A DNA stretch of 64,000 nucleotides from NCBI GenBank assembly GCA_028534125.1, contig CM052817.1, forward strand, positions 61,568,001-61,632,000. The letters are read 5' to 3'. The DNA comes from Lama glama. Its lineage: Eukaryota. Positions 26,199-38,640 of the stretch are shown in pieces (position 1 is the first letter of the stretch; every line of letters starts with the position of its first letter). A program made the translations under genes and the position numbers. Under the pieces are notes generated by a model, which saw nothing but the letters and a program-made list of their open reading frames with translations, ran no database searches and was not told the origin of the DNA.

Positions 26199-26649
26199 TA
26201 CATGATGCGGCTGGATTACCTGATCCAGGATCCTTTTGGAAGTTTCATCCGTTTAGGCTGTGCCTGAATCTTTCTTTAAAAAGTCTGACAATCCTCTTGC
26301 ATCCACTTACCCTGCTGCTACTGATGCATGCTGAACGTCCTTGGAATTAAGTTCATCTGTTGTTTTCCTGCTCAAAGGATAAGGATTTCCTTCAGAAGCA
26401 TAGTCAATCCAGGGCAGAGATGATCTTTTTAGACAGGTTTGAGAACTTCCTATTTCTTCACCAAGAAAATGCTGGGAATATTTGGGAGATAGGTTTGAAC
26501 ACACTATCATGGTCTGTGTGGTACCAGGCCTTTGAAATGCATTAATACTTGCAGTGAGTGGTAGAACGTTGGTAATCTTCTCTTTGCCTGAAAATAATGC
26601 GCACGCTACATTTGTTGAGTGCAGAGTTCCATATATGTTTTAGGTCACT

Positions 26650-26935
26650 TTTCAGCTGTCACATATGCATTCCAGGCAGTGGTGAGGAGGGCGAAAAATG
26701 GGCTTCTCCAAACTTATCTACTTTCAAGAAGTCTTTCCAGAAGCCTCAGACAACACTTTGATGTTTATCGCAGTGAACAGGAATTAGCCATATAACAATA
26801 CGTAGCTGTGTGGGAAGCTGAAAAACACAGGATTTGTTCTGGGTGGCAGTACGCCCAGGTAGGAATTAGAGTTTTGTTTCTGAGGGAGAAAGGGAGAATA
26901 GGTATTTGTAGGTAAGTGATAGTACTTGCTATATG
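26650..26935. mobile_element. MaLR LTR fragment (MLT1J-like)
   Basis: 'cagctgtcacatatgcattccaggcag', 'tagctgtgtgggaagctgaaaaa', 'gagaaagggagaataggtatt'. Confidence 0.6.
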
Positions 26936-27307
26936 CAGGACGGAAATTCCCTCACCTCACTAACATAACATTTATGTTTGTTACTTGCTAGTTGAAACCT
27001 GGCTCTTCTGGAAGACACTCTAATAAAATGCTACATTCTCTCCCAAGTACTACCCCACAAGGAAGTGGAGGTGTGACCTGAATTGCTCTCACTTCCCTAA
27101 ACAATTTCAAGACCACCAATTCTCCTTTTAAGACCCCTTGTCCACTCGAGCCATGAGCTGTTCAGCTGCATCATGCTTCCTTCCTGTCACTGCCAGTCGT
27201 TGGTTTCCCAATCCCTGCCCTCAGTTCACTAAAGAGCTGAGTTTCTGGGTCTCTCTCTACTCGCAACCTGAGCCATCATCCCTTTTGACTTATTGTTTAC
27301 TATGAAC

Positions 27308-27745
27308 GGCTATTTTCAACACGTGGTCCAGGGATCCTGGGTTTCTCTGAGGCCTTTCCCAGGGAGTCCATGAAGGCAAAATTACTTAACAGTAGTTCTA
27401 AGATGTCGTCTCCCCTTTTCACTATCATTCTCTCACAAGGGAACAGTGGAGCTTTCCAGAGGCTACGTGATGTATGATATTGCAACAGATTGAATATAGG
27501 GGCAGATATGAGACTCCAGCTGTCTCCTATTAAGCCAACATTAGAAATTCACAAAAAGTAAAACAATGTTACTTTTACCTCTTTTTTATGAATAAATTTG
27601 TTAACACATAATGGTTTATCATTTTGAAATGAATTTTTTAATTTAAAATTTGAGTCTTAATTTCTCATTCTATAAATATACATGAACAATCTTTTTAGGG
27701 TCCTGTGGAGTGTAAAGATTTTGTGAGGCCAAAATTGCTGACGTA
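27308..27745. mobile_element. hAT-Charlie DNA transposon remnant (Charlie4a-like)
   Basis: 'cagtggagctttccagaggctacgtgatgtatgatattgcaacagattgaat...gcagatatgagactccagctgtctcctattaagcc'. Confidence 0.75.
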
Positions 27746-27859
27746 GACCAATAAAAAAAATTTAATCTCAGCTTTTCAGTTCCTTGCTTATATTTACCTT
27801 GTAAGTATAATGGAAGAACAAGGGGCAGTGATTCATGTCTGACTTCCACACTCAACTAT

Positions 27860-28110
27860 CCAGCACAAGCAACTGCCTTCTTAATGTTTCCAATTAGATG
27901 TCTCATGGGCACCTCAGGCTCATCATGTCAAAGCTAAATTTCATCACTTTCTCACCAAACATGTTCTTCTTCCACTTTTTCTGTTTCAGGAAAATGGCAT
28001 CATGATTCACCCCATGTTTTAAACTAGAAGCCTGAAAGTAACCTTTCATGTCTCTTTCCTCCATTCTTAGATTTAAAAATTTACCAAGTTCTGTCATTTC
28101 TACTGTCTTT
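27860..28110 (+). mobile_element. L2 fragment
   Basis: 'agatgtctcatgggcacctcaggctcatcatgtcaaagctaaa...aaatggcatcatgattcaccca'. Confidence 0.7.
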
Positions 28111-28121
28111 GTGTGTTCATC

Positions 28122-28592
28122 TTTTTTTTTAACTTTTTAATTGAAACATATCTGACATATAACATGGTGTGACTTTAAAGTGTACAGCATGTTGATTTGA
28201 TACATTTATATATTGCCATATGGTTGCCCTCATGGTATTAGCTCACACCTCTATCATGTACATAATTATTTCTTTTTTGGTGGTGGGAATAATTAAAATC
28301 TAGTCTTTTAGCAAGTTTGTTTATAATTAAATATTGCTGTCTATAATCACTGTGCTGTGCATTAGATCTCTAGGACTTATTTATCCACTAGTTGCATGCT
28401 TATACCCTTACACAATATCTCTGTTTCCCCACCCACACTCTCCCAGCTCCTGGTAACCACCATTTTAGTCTGTTTTTATGAATTTAGCTTTTTTAGATTC
28501 TATACGTAAGTGATAGGCTGTGGAAATCTTGTCATTTGTGACAACATGGATGGACCTCGAGGACGTTATGCTAATGAGACAGGCACAGAGAG
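28122..28592 (-). mobile_element. L1MA-type 3' end with an inverted 5' segment (28521-28592 is + strand)
   Basis: Poly-T then antisense L1 3' UTR up to 'tttttagattctatacgtaagtga', then sense 'ggaaatcttgtcatttgtgacaacatggatggacctcgaggacgttatgctaa'. Confidence 0.85.
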
Positions 28593-28610
28593 GTTATGTA
28601 GTATGTCCAA

Positions 28611-29125
28611 TGTATCAGTCAGGAAAACAGATCGACTGAGTTATGGAATGAAGGATTTATCATAGGAATATATATAGTATGATGAGATGTTGGGGAGGAA
28701 GGTCTTAAAGGAGAAGCTAGAAGATCAAAGAAGTCATCAGCTAGTCAATAAGATAAGCCAAGCACATCCAGCCACTCAAGTGGGACTGTGAGGGTGCTAG
28801 CGGATGAGTTTATGGGAGCTGTTGTCTCTGAGTCTGCAGCTAAGCATTGGGTGATGGTCCTAGACCTGCTTTTGGTCAGAGGAGCCAGAGTTGAGGAGAC
28901 GAGCTGAAAGGGGAGGAGAGTGAGGACAAGCTGGAACCCTCAGGCTCCTCTGGGTCTGTCGATCACTCCGTCACTACATCCAACCATGAGGACCTTCACA
29001 GGGTAATGGCTGCTGTTTCACTTTGATTTCCTAAATCTTGTGCAAGTTCCTTATCTGACCAATAACAGAACTACCTAGGGAAAGAGAATATGAAACATGA
29101 TTCTCAAGTTAATCAAGCTGAAAAT
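28611..29125. mobile_element. Ancient ERVL-type LTR (LTR82/84-like)
   Basis: Starts 'tgtatcagtcaggaaaacaga'; internal 'gagtgaggacaagctggaaccc' and 'gggtaatggctgctgtttcact'. Confidence 0.5.
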
Positions 29126-29299
29126 GGAATGATTCGGCACACCGAAAAGTTACCAAGACTTGGCTTATCAGTGTCTGAACCAGGATTGGAACCCAAGCAG
29201 CCTGCCTCAGCTTCTGTAATGGTCCACCTTACAGTGGCCTTTGTGGTCTTGTTCCGGATTCCTCTGCCTACCTCTGCGTTCACAGATGCTTGCTGTACA

Positions 29300-29770
29300 G
29301 CCTTTGCTTCAGCCGTACTGAACTACCTCTAGTTCCCTGACTATGGGATGACCTCTGACTTTTGGGCCTGTGCGCCAGAACACTCTGCCTTTCCTTGGCC
29401 TTTGTCTGGCCAAATGTTATTTTCCTTTGGGGGTGTCAGCTAAGCTGTCACTGCCTCTAGAATGACTTCCTTATCACCTAAAGACTGGTGTAAGTACCCC
29501 CTGTCTGATAGGATCTGATGCTTGCTGCTGTCTTAGGACTTAGCACATACCCTCTACCAGGGCAGAGGCCTGTGTGTTTTGCTCACTGCTCTATACTTAA
29601 CACCTAGCACAGTGGCTAATAAACCATGAGTAAATAACCACACTGTTTAGTAATTTCTTATTAAACTCCCTCCCTGGACTATAACCTCAGCTGAGATGGA
29701 TTTTGGTCTTGCCTAATGTATCCTCAGCATACAGCATAATGTCTATTCATATAATATCTTGAATTAATGA
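29300..29770 (+). mobile_element. L2 3' fragments
   Basis: 'gtgtgtttttgctcactgctctatacttaacacctagcacagtggct' and 'tgtatcctcagcatacagcataatgtct'. Confidence 0.6.
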
Positions 29771-32707
29771 GGCCAAAATACCTGTGAAAGCTTACAATTT
29801 TGATAATCAGTTGAATATGTTCTCTACCTGGTGAATTAGGTAGACAAAGACTCAGTGAGAATTAACTTAGAATTATATATTCTTTAGCTTAAGTAATTAG
29901 ATTCATTAATCACTCTTCTCTGTTCATCTGAGTACGTTAAGGTAGATTTATACCATGAAATTCTAGGTTGGTTTTAGTGACACCACAGTGAAACTGATTT
30001 CTTAAAAAGATCCAAGGGTAGCCAACAATAAGGATGTGAATAAATTGTCGTTATTAGGAATCGAGAAAAATACTCTGACTTTGAAAATTCTGCTGATTAT
30101 CCCGTTAGACTTGATTACTGGGAGAGTACATCTAACAATCCCGCTTGCTCACAAATTCTGTTAAAGTCCAGGGCATGAAGTAATCCCAGTGCCCCTTCAG
30201 AAGGAGCCTGCAATCCAGATGTAGTACATAGAAAGGCAGAGTTAGTAATGTGCTTTCTGTGAAAATACACTGGCTTCAGTAGGAAAAGCAAAGTGAGAGA
30301 CCATGCTGCACATGAACGTGAGTCCTAAATCTTCTAAACCCCTTCATAAGAAAAAGGCATGGAGGAGGAAATGCCATGGACTAGAACTGACCTAGGAGAA
30401 GGTCCAGAACGTGTGCTCAGTGCGATGGTGGTATGCCACAGGGGAAGGATGCAGACAGTTTCCATAGGTCAAATCGATAGCATCTGCCACCTAAACTGAA
30501 CATTAGAAGATAAGCCTTTGAGAGATAAAGGAGAAAGCTTTAAATAACTAGGATGTCATAAAGTTCTGCTTATATTAACAAAAGTGTTAATCAGTGTAAC
30601 CATAAGTGTTAATTAGCGAGTTGATGAAGCTGGGTTCTATGTGTATTCTCTGAAGGACAATTTTTTGTTACTATGAGATTTATTCCTTGATGAGTGTCAA
30701 GAAATTCAAGTGTTGGCTCAGCCTGGGTGAAAGATGAGATGTTGATAAATGTATAACCATTGTGGAAATTCAAATGTAGAACTTTCTGTTTAAACAAATG
30801 ATTATGGTTAAAGTAGAAGTGCAAACAGGGCCACCATTCCCGACACTTCAGTTCTTTCCCTGCTGCAGTCATAGGTTTGTCACCTGCACAGTAACACCCG
30901 TATGATTGCAACAGAATAGACCATGACTAAAGGATTTGCAAAGACCTTGCTTTACAAGAAAATAAAAACAGAAACAGATAAGAAATCAAGAAGGTCTTGT
31001 GAATTGCTGTTTAATGAATTCCCTATACTTAAGGAACTACAAAGCTAGGCTATAGGGAATTCAACTGTCTGAATCTTCTTTTGTTTCCAAATCTGTTACA
31101 TTTATATTGATATATTCTAGGTATACTTTAGGCAGACCTTGGACCTAAATTTTGGAGGAGTTAGTTTTAAAGAAATGAAAATCTTTATCAGGGCTTCCCA
31201 TCTGTTACTATATCAAGGCCTACATGTTAGGAATATGTGGAATACAGTACAGCCTGGTCATGGTTATATAGAAATAAATGCTGTTGTTTTTTTTTTTAAA
31301 CTACAATTCAGGAATCTTCAGTTCAGTAATCTATTATCCCAGTGGTATACTGAAATATGCCTTCAAATCGTTACTTGTCATTGGGAAGTAAAGTGATGAA
31401 ATAGAATGGTAAGGAATTCGGAGGCTAATGTGTTTTTGGTGTCACAGACAGTAAAGCTTGTAGGTAATTGGATTCCTAATCTCGGCATCTCCCCATGAGC
31501 ATCACACATGCGCACTCGTCTGTCACACTCCCACGGGAATGTCATGGAGTGTGAACGTCACTGAGACAACAGCATCCACAGAAATGATATCTTGGTCACC
31601 TATACACTAATTTTATGCCCTCAGAATACTGTGTACTAAATAGAAAATTGTGAAGTTGCTAAATACTAAACTATGAATATCAGTAACTATGAGATTATGG
31701 TGAGTTGCAGATACATTAATGATTCACTTGAAACATCCTACAGAATGATTTAAAAGCCCTCAGTCATTAGCTTCTTGGTCCATTGCTTTCTCCTCAAAGT
31801 ACAGTGACTTGGGCAGCATAAGGTGGCAACTTTATTAATGAGTGCCGTTTCTCCAGGTGGGTTTCTCTCTGCCTGGGGGACATTCTGCATGCTTATCTGG
31901 TATCTTTTGCTTGTTAACTCCATTCAGACTACTGTCTCTGGTTTCCATACAATGTGCACAGTAGACGATTCTTAGCCCATGTACCAGACTTCTGGGCAGC
32001 TTTGCGGCCCCTTTGTAGAGCTGTACAGAGCTGATACTTGCAGTCTGAAGGATGATCTGTCCCTATTTCAGAACTCATGTTACAGTATCAGTATGGCTGA
32101 ACGTCATTTATTTTTTCATTCTGTTATATGTATCTCCAGTACATATAGGTCAGAAAAACTAGTATGATGCCCGATGTGATTTATCTACTTACTGAGTAAG
32201 CATGTATTCACATTGATTAATATGCTACAGAGTATGCTCTGGGGATACAGAAATGCAAAGATACAGCCCCAACCTCAAGTTTAGCAACCAGTAGAGGAGA
32301 AAGATGAAATAAAAACTTAAAGCATTCAAATTATATTGAATTTTAAGACTCAGAACAAAAGGGGGCCTGAATTAAAATATTTACTCACTCCCTTTTAATG
32401 TTGGAATTTCAATCAAGTATAAAGTGGTATCTTTAATATTAAATGATATTGAAAGTCCTCTGTGGCGTCTGCATAATTTTGTCATTAACATTTCATGGTC
32501 TGTGATACTGCGTCCATAGGTAACAGCATTGAAGTAATGTTAACGTTAGGAAACAGATGGTAACATATCTGCAGTCATTAACTGTTTACCTCTTTTTGCT
32601 TCCCAATAGAACAACATTCTGAGGTTAGTTCATGGTTCTAGAAAGGTCTATTACAAATAGCAAAAAGAACGATAGATTTGGTTAAAAGTACTTTAGTCAA
32701 TCCATGC

Positions 32708-32811
32708 ATCAGCTTGCACTTTTTTGTTTGTTTGTTTTGCAGTTACACAATTGTTTTCTTTCACAACTGCATAGTTTTTTTTTTTTTTTTTTTTTATCAG
32801 CTTGCACTTTT
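32708..32811 (-). mobile_element. Short retroposed insertion (A21 + ~35 nt unique + A-rich tail) with a 16 bp TSD
   Basis: atcagcttgcactttt at 32708-32723 and 32796-32811; the second copy is followed by AA (TTTT/AA L1 endonuclease site). Confidence 0.85.
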
Positions 32812-32839
32812 AACATGTGGCAGTATTCATAAGATCTGT

Positions 32840-33068
32840 GGTTGAGGGTATGCTGGTTAAGAATGAGTTCTTCATCCTAAAAAACCTGAGTTTAAATATC
32901 CATTCCATCATGTACTACCTTGATATCTTAGCAAGTTACTTTCTCAAAACCTCATTTTTCTCATCCATTAAGATGATGGCATTAATAGTAACCATGATTA
33001 AATGAGACAAAGTAAATTCTAAAGTACCTGGTACTATAACAGGCAATGAACGCATCATAGCCGTTGTT
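32840..33068 (+). mobile_element. MIR SINE
   Basis: 'tggttaagaatgag...acctgagtttaaat...atcttagcaagttactt...cctcatttttctcatccattaagatg'. Confidence 0.7.
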
Positions 33069-33437
33069 TATACCATATTAGTACTGTTCTCGTTATATCA
33101 TTCCACCCCTAAGTTTCATTTTATTCAACCTATAATAGGAGTGTGTGTGAGAAGAATCGATCTGTTCTTACTCTTCCATAAGAGCACTTGGTGGATGAAA
33201 CAGGAGTGCTATGAAGTTGATAATACGTTGACATGTTATTTATTCATTCCTCGTGTATTTATCAAATCCTTTGTATGTGTCAGGTTGCTAATGGTATGTT
33301 TGTGTCCTGAAGGAGCTTTCATTTGCATCAGAAAACATCTTGAAACACCGCGTTCAGATATGAATGCTCTGAAAATCTGACATTCTCAGCAGTGTGATGA
33401 TTTGATGGCTATTTTCTACCATTTAGAGGGTAATACT

Positions 33438-33795
33438 TGTTATTGACTGAATGTTTGTGTCCTCTTGAAATTCAGACCTTGAGATCCTAACACTTAATTG
33501 GCATTAAGAGACTGGACCTTTGGGAGGTAATTGGGTCAGGAAGGTGACGCCTTCATGAATGGAAATTAGTGCCTTTATGAGGTGGATGAAGGGCCCAGAG
33601 CTTTGGTTTTCTGCCATGTGAGAATACAGTGGGCCGTCAGTCACCTGCATCCTGGAAGACAGTCCTTACCAGAATGTGACCTAGCTAGCACCCTGATCTC
33701 AGACTCCCAGCCTCTGGAACTGTGAGAAAGAAATTTATTGTTTAAGCCACCCAGTCTGTAGTATTTTTGTTCAGCAGCCTGATTTGACTAAGATA
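33438..33795 (+). mobile_element. Complete MaLR solo LTR (MLT1A-like)
   Basis: 'tgttattgactgaatgtttgtgtcc...cagcctctggaactgtgagaaagaaattt...tttaagccacccagtctgtagtatttttgtt...gactaagata'; 5 bp flanks atact/atagt. Confidence 0.9.
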
Positions 33796-34194
33796 ATAGT
33801 CTTTGCATTCCTGAGCAAGGAATGAAGAAATTTTGCCCCTGAGACAGTCACTCCCATGCCTGACTGGACTTCCATCCATGGGCTCTCCCCGTCCCACACC
33901 CAACCCAAACTACAGGTTGGTCGGGCCGTTTTGTGCTAGGCCACTTCTTGTCCTGATCTTACAGTAAATAAGCTGATGTGTGTTTTCTTCTTCTCAAAAA
34001 TTTTTGTTTTTAATTTTTTTGTTTTTATAAATCCCTCCCCCAAAACACCTATGTATCCTGCTGCCCATATAACCCATGTGTAGGGTGTTAATTGTTTCAA
34101 AGACCTTTTTTGAGTGGCTGGTGCAATTGGAAATTCAGCCTCATGATTCTAACACAATCGTGAAGTTTTATAGTTCTGTTTCTCTTTAGCAGCA

Positions 34195-34560
34195 AAGATA
34201 CATGGAACACCTATTATGTGCTAGGCCATATGCTATGTTAAGACTATAAAAAGATGTAAAATACATTACAGTGGTAATGCAGAAGTATGAGAAGGCATGA
34301 CTAACATGCCTGGGAAATGAAGGCCTGTCTTATGAAAGGAAAGACATTTGATTATGGTCTAGAAGGTGAACCTCAGATAAGGAAGGGGGAAAGTGGTCAG
34401 GGGGCCAGATGGTATACTAACCAGGAGAAATTGTGGGAGGTGTGAAGATATTTGGCAAGCTGTCTGTGAGGCTGGAAAATTTGGCAAGAGATGTGGCTGG
34501 AATTGGATGCTGAGGTCACGTTGTGATGAGCCCTGAAGGTCCGGCAAATGAAAACCTCAG
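34195..34560 (-). mobile_element. L2 fragment
   Basis: 'gaacacctattatgtgctaggc' followed by a purine-rich L2 body. Confidence 0.5.
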
Positions 34561-36789
34561 CATTTTATTAGCAAGTGTGTTATTATCAGACATTCAACAT
34601 TTCATGCATTTTGATTTCCTATGTAAATGTCTAGCTCAACTTAATAAATAGCGTTACTTAACAAAATCATAAATGCTATCTGTGTTTTCAAACAGAATTC
34701 TGCCAGAAAGAAAGATACATTTTAGAATGTAATGTCTTTACATTCCTCCTTGATTTTTTTGCTTTCTCGTTCCTGCTACTGTTTTTTTTGTTTTTTGTTT
34801 TTTTTTTTTTTTTTGGTTGGAGGATTTGTTTTCTCTTTGGTCCTTTCCTCCTTAGACTTCACTTCTGTCATTTTCCTTTCTGTTAATAGTGTGAAACTTC
34901 CAGGATTTGTTCACAGATTGCCAAAGAAGGCTGTGGCTTTATCCTGCAGGATCCCCTGGAGTTAATCAATTTTGCTATTTTATTTGGTGGTACAGAAATC
35001 TGTACAGCTTTTGACGCTCTACTATGAATGTCTTCACAGTGTATCATTCCAAAGTGTATGGTATTCTTATAGGTAGGAATGTCAGTAAGGACTTCCTAAA
35101 ATGTCTTTAAGTTTATGCAGATATGTTCAGTATTGTTCTGACATTAACAGTGTTGAATCTTTAGGAATTTATATAAGGCACAAAACTCTGAATTCATGGA
35201 ACAGAGGTTAAACTTCTTTATTAGTTTAAAACAGTTCTATCGAGTGAAGAACTTATGAGGGAAAGAATGGGCTTCATTTAATGAGTCAAACCCCCTCATT
35301 TTCAGGTAGTTTAACTGGAAACTTGCTTTTCACGTGTTTTTGTTCTGAACTTTCCTGTTCTTTTTTTCTAGTTCAGAAGGGAAATGGTTGCTGTATATTT
35401 CTTCCTGAGACACACACTGTAAATATACTGTGAGTCAGGAAAACACTGAGAAGTTCCAAGGTTGGCAAATCACTTTAGAAGGAAAAAGTCATTAGGAACA
35501 TGAGACTCCAAAGAAACAGATGTAAGAATTTTTATAAGTTTCATTGCAGAATTTTTCCCTAATTTTCCAGTTTTAGGAATTATGTAGGTGTATGGGTCAG
35601 GATGGTTCAGAAAAAAAGATGCTCGGGCTTTAGAAATTTTAAAAAATTGAAATGAAATGACATTGTATTCAAATCCAGTTTCAAAGAGATTAATTTATGT
35701 CAGGCCTTGGATAATTTGGCAGCATATAAATAGGTAGGTATTACATCTGCTTTTATTAAGACAAATTGGAAAAATGCTGACAGCAAAAGAAAGAAATCAT
35801 TGTAGCATTTCTACTTCAGATTTTCTTCATAGATTATTTCTGTTTCAATTGAGGAATTCCATTTTTCTTGAACTTACATATTGGACAACATAAATTTAGT
35901 TCTAGCTGTAGAACTAGAATCTGTTATTTTTTTCCTGTATGCAATCATAATTGTTTTAAATAAAATCAAATAAAGAGAACAAAATAGTATGGAAGTTTTA
36001 GGATACAAGTATGAAAGTAATTTGTGAATTTTAATTGTGAGATTATCACTGATATGTTATGTGTCAGAGTGAATTGTCAACATTCATATTAATATTAAAG
36101 TTATTTAATAGCCATTCTAACACTATGAACATAATATTTGTATGAATTATGTCATATTTATGTTGTATTTGTGTTAATATTTTAAATTATTCACTTTCAG
36201 TCAGTTAAATATAGACTCAAAGTAGAGAGGGGTCTTAGAGATTTTTGGTCTGCCTTCCCACTCCCTGGAGGATCCTCTTCCATAACATTCCATCTCTACC
36301 TCTGAATGCTCGCAATGGGAATCTCACTATCTTATGATGCAATCTGCTACACAATTTGACTTTGAGTCTGACTTTGAGTTAAACTCACTCATATCTTGCT
36401 AGCAAAAGTGGTTTGTTTAAAAAAAGAAAAAAGGTTGCGGAGAGTAGTCAAAGACAAGGAAGGAATCCCCAGAAAGTTCACAGCTTGGCAGAGGACCCAG
36501 CCAAAGGCATTAAGTGCTGACCCAGAGGGGGACATGTTAAAAGCCACAGGCCCTGTTGCTTCCCATGTTCCTGGCATTACCAGCTTTGAACCCAGGTGCT
36601 AGGTTTCCAAGAAGCTTAGGAAACTGTTTAACAAACTATAAAGGACTCAAATACTTTGCCTTTCCATACTTTCTGAGATCCGTTTCACATATTATCTTAG
36701 AGTCAAGATCTTTAGGTATTTTTGTCTGGTATCTGTTGGATACTTAAAAATGTGCTAACTACTAGAGAGTAGTTTTGTACACGGAATAA

Positions 36790-37012
36790 GCCTGAGGTGG
36801 TGTAGCCACACTGCCTGGGTTCATATCTTGCCTCCTCTACTTGGTAGCATGGCCTTCAGCACGTTATCTAACTTCTCTGTGCCTCAGTTTCCTCATCTGT
36901 AAAATGGGGAATAAAATAGTACCTACCTTATCATGAGACCTCAACGTATTCATCTGTATGAAGTACTTAGTAGTGTGCCTATCAAGTGGTAGTTAACAAA
37001 TTTGGCTTCTAT
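36790..37012 (+). mobile_element. MIR SINE
   Basis: 'ctgcctgggttcatatc...taacttctctgtgcctcagtttcctcatctgtaaaatggggaataaaatagtacctacct'. Confidence 0.92.
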
Positions 37013-37599
37013 TATAGAGCTACGTACTTTGCCAGTATGTACACATTCTTACATTAACAAGCAAGTATTTAAAAACTCCAGTTGAGAGGTTTAAGCTCTA
37101 ATTTTGTGTATGTAGTCAATGCATTAGCAGTGGGTTATAAGACAACCATAGCAGTATGAATCATGGGGAAAGAAAACAGTTTTCTTCCTTCTGCTGAAAT
37201 ATCTTTCACCTGATTCCTAATATATCTCAGAAAAAGATTCTTTTTATGCCACATCTTGAGAGAAATAACTTAAAAGCACTCTGGAATGCTACTTACCATA
37301 ATGGTGGTTAGATCCTTTATAGTTCGGGAAGAGAGGGAGGTGGAAAAGGGAAAGATGTGGGAGTAAGGATATGGATGAAGAGAAAGCAGTTGGAGAAAGG
37401 GGATGCTGAAAGCACAGAAGCAAGCTCACTAAATCACTTCCTCAGATCTGTACCACATGTAAATTCCCAAAACAGTATGAGTCCAGTAAGGCTGGGCAGA
37501 TGTCTTCCTTCATGGGAAGTATGCCTGTGATTTCTGTGAGAGTCCTTGCTTTTGCTGCTCTGGTGTCCTCTCCTGAGATACCTAGAACTTTGAGATGAC

Positions 37600-38640
37600 T
37601 GACTTTTACAATTGGATGAAGAAAGAAATTGTGCTTTTGCTCAGATTTGTCATCCCACCAAACTAAGCCTTTCCCTCCTCTTCTGAACAGCTTCTCCCTC
37701 AGTGGTCCCTGTTGCCTTTAAAAGCACCACCATCCCAGGCTGCAAGGCCAGGGAATCAGCTTGTACAACTCTATCTGAAGTGTTCAAGTCTGCTGGTTAT
37801 CTTGGTAGCCACGTCACTATCTTGGTTTAAATCTCCACTCTTTACATGAGACTCTTAATTAGTTCTGTGCTTCCATTTCTCCCACTCTGGGTACCTCTAA
37901 ACAATCTTCTGACAGTCCCAATCCACTGTTTAACACCTTGGTTTAAAAGTCTCTACAATTAGACCTGGGTGATATATAGTCCTCTGTCTGTGTTTAAAGC
38001 CTTTGGGCAAGTGATTCAGGCTGGCAGGGTGCAAATGTCTGGGGCAGTTGGTGTGAGTCCGTGTTGAGAGGGCTGTTCGGTGACTTCATTTGTTTTGTGA
38101 TTCTCTTGGAGGCTAGATACTGTACATAAAGTCCTCAAATTCCCTCTGGAAAAAAAAAATCTAAGACTTCCCCATCACCTAACAAGGAAAAATCTTCCAT
38201 TAGCGTATCTGACAAGGTCATACCTGAACCCTGCTTAGCTGAGATTCATTTGCTACACCTTCTCCTCACAACTTCTGTAGCATATCCGAGCTACCAGCTG
38301 CTTCCTCAATGTGCTCAGCTTTTTCATTCTGTTCCTTCTACTTAGAATGCTTACTCTTTTTCTAATTGCTCTTTGGTCTATAAAGATCCTTCATGTCCCT
38401 GATAAACTGTGACCACCCTGTGTGCAGTTTTCCTCCCATTCCCAGATAGAATAATTCCTTTTCCTGTGCCCCAGTAGTTGTTGTGTTCATGTATTGATGA
38501 CTGTACTTCTCACGGAATGTCCTACTTTAAAAAATATATATCCTCTTAAGATTTCAAGAAGGAATGGACAGAATTTAAATCTCAAACATGAGTGCATCGT
38601 ATGCCATAGGTATTCAATCAAGTAGATTGTTGAATGGCTT
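37600..38640 (+). mobile_element. Scattered L2 fragments
   Basis: 'aaaagcaccaccatccca', 'tctgttccttctacttagaatgct', tail 'taggtattcaatcaagtagattgttgaatg'. Confidence 0.55.
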
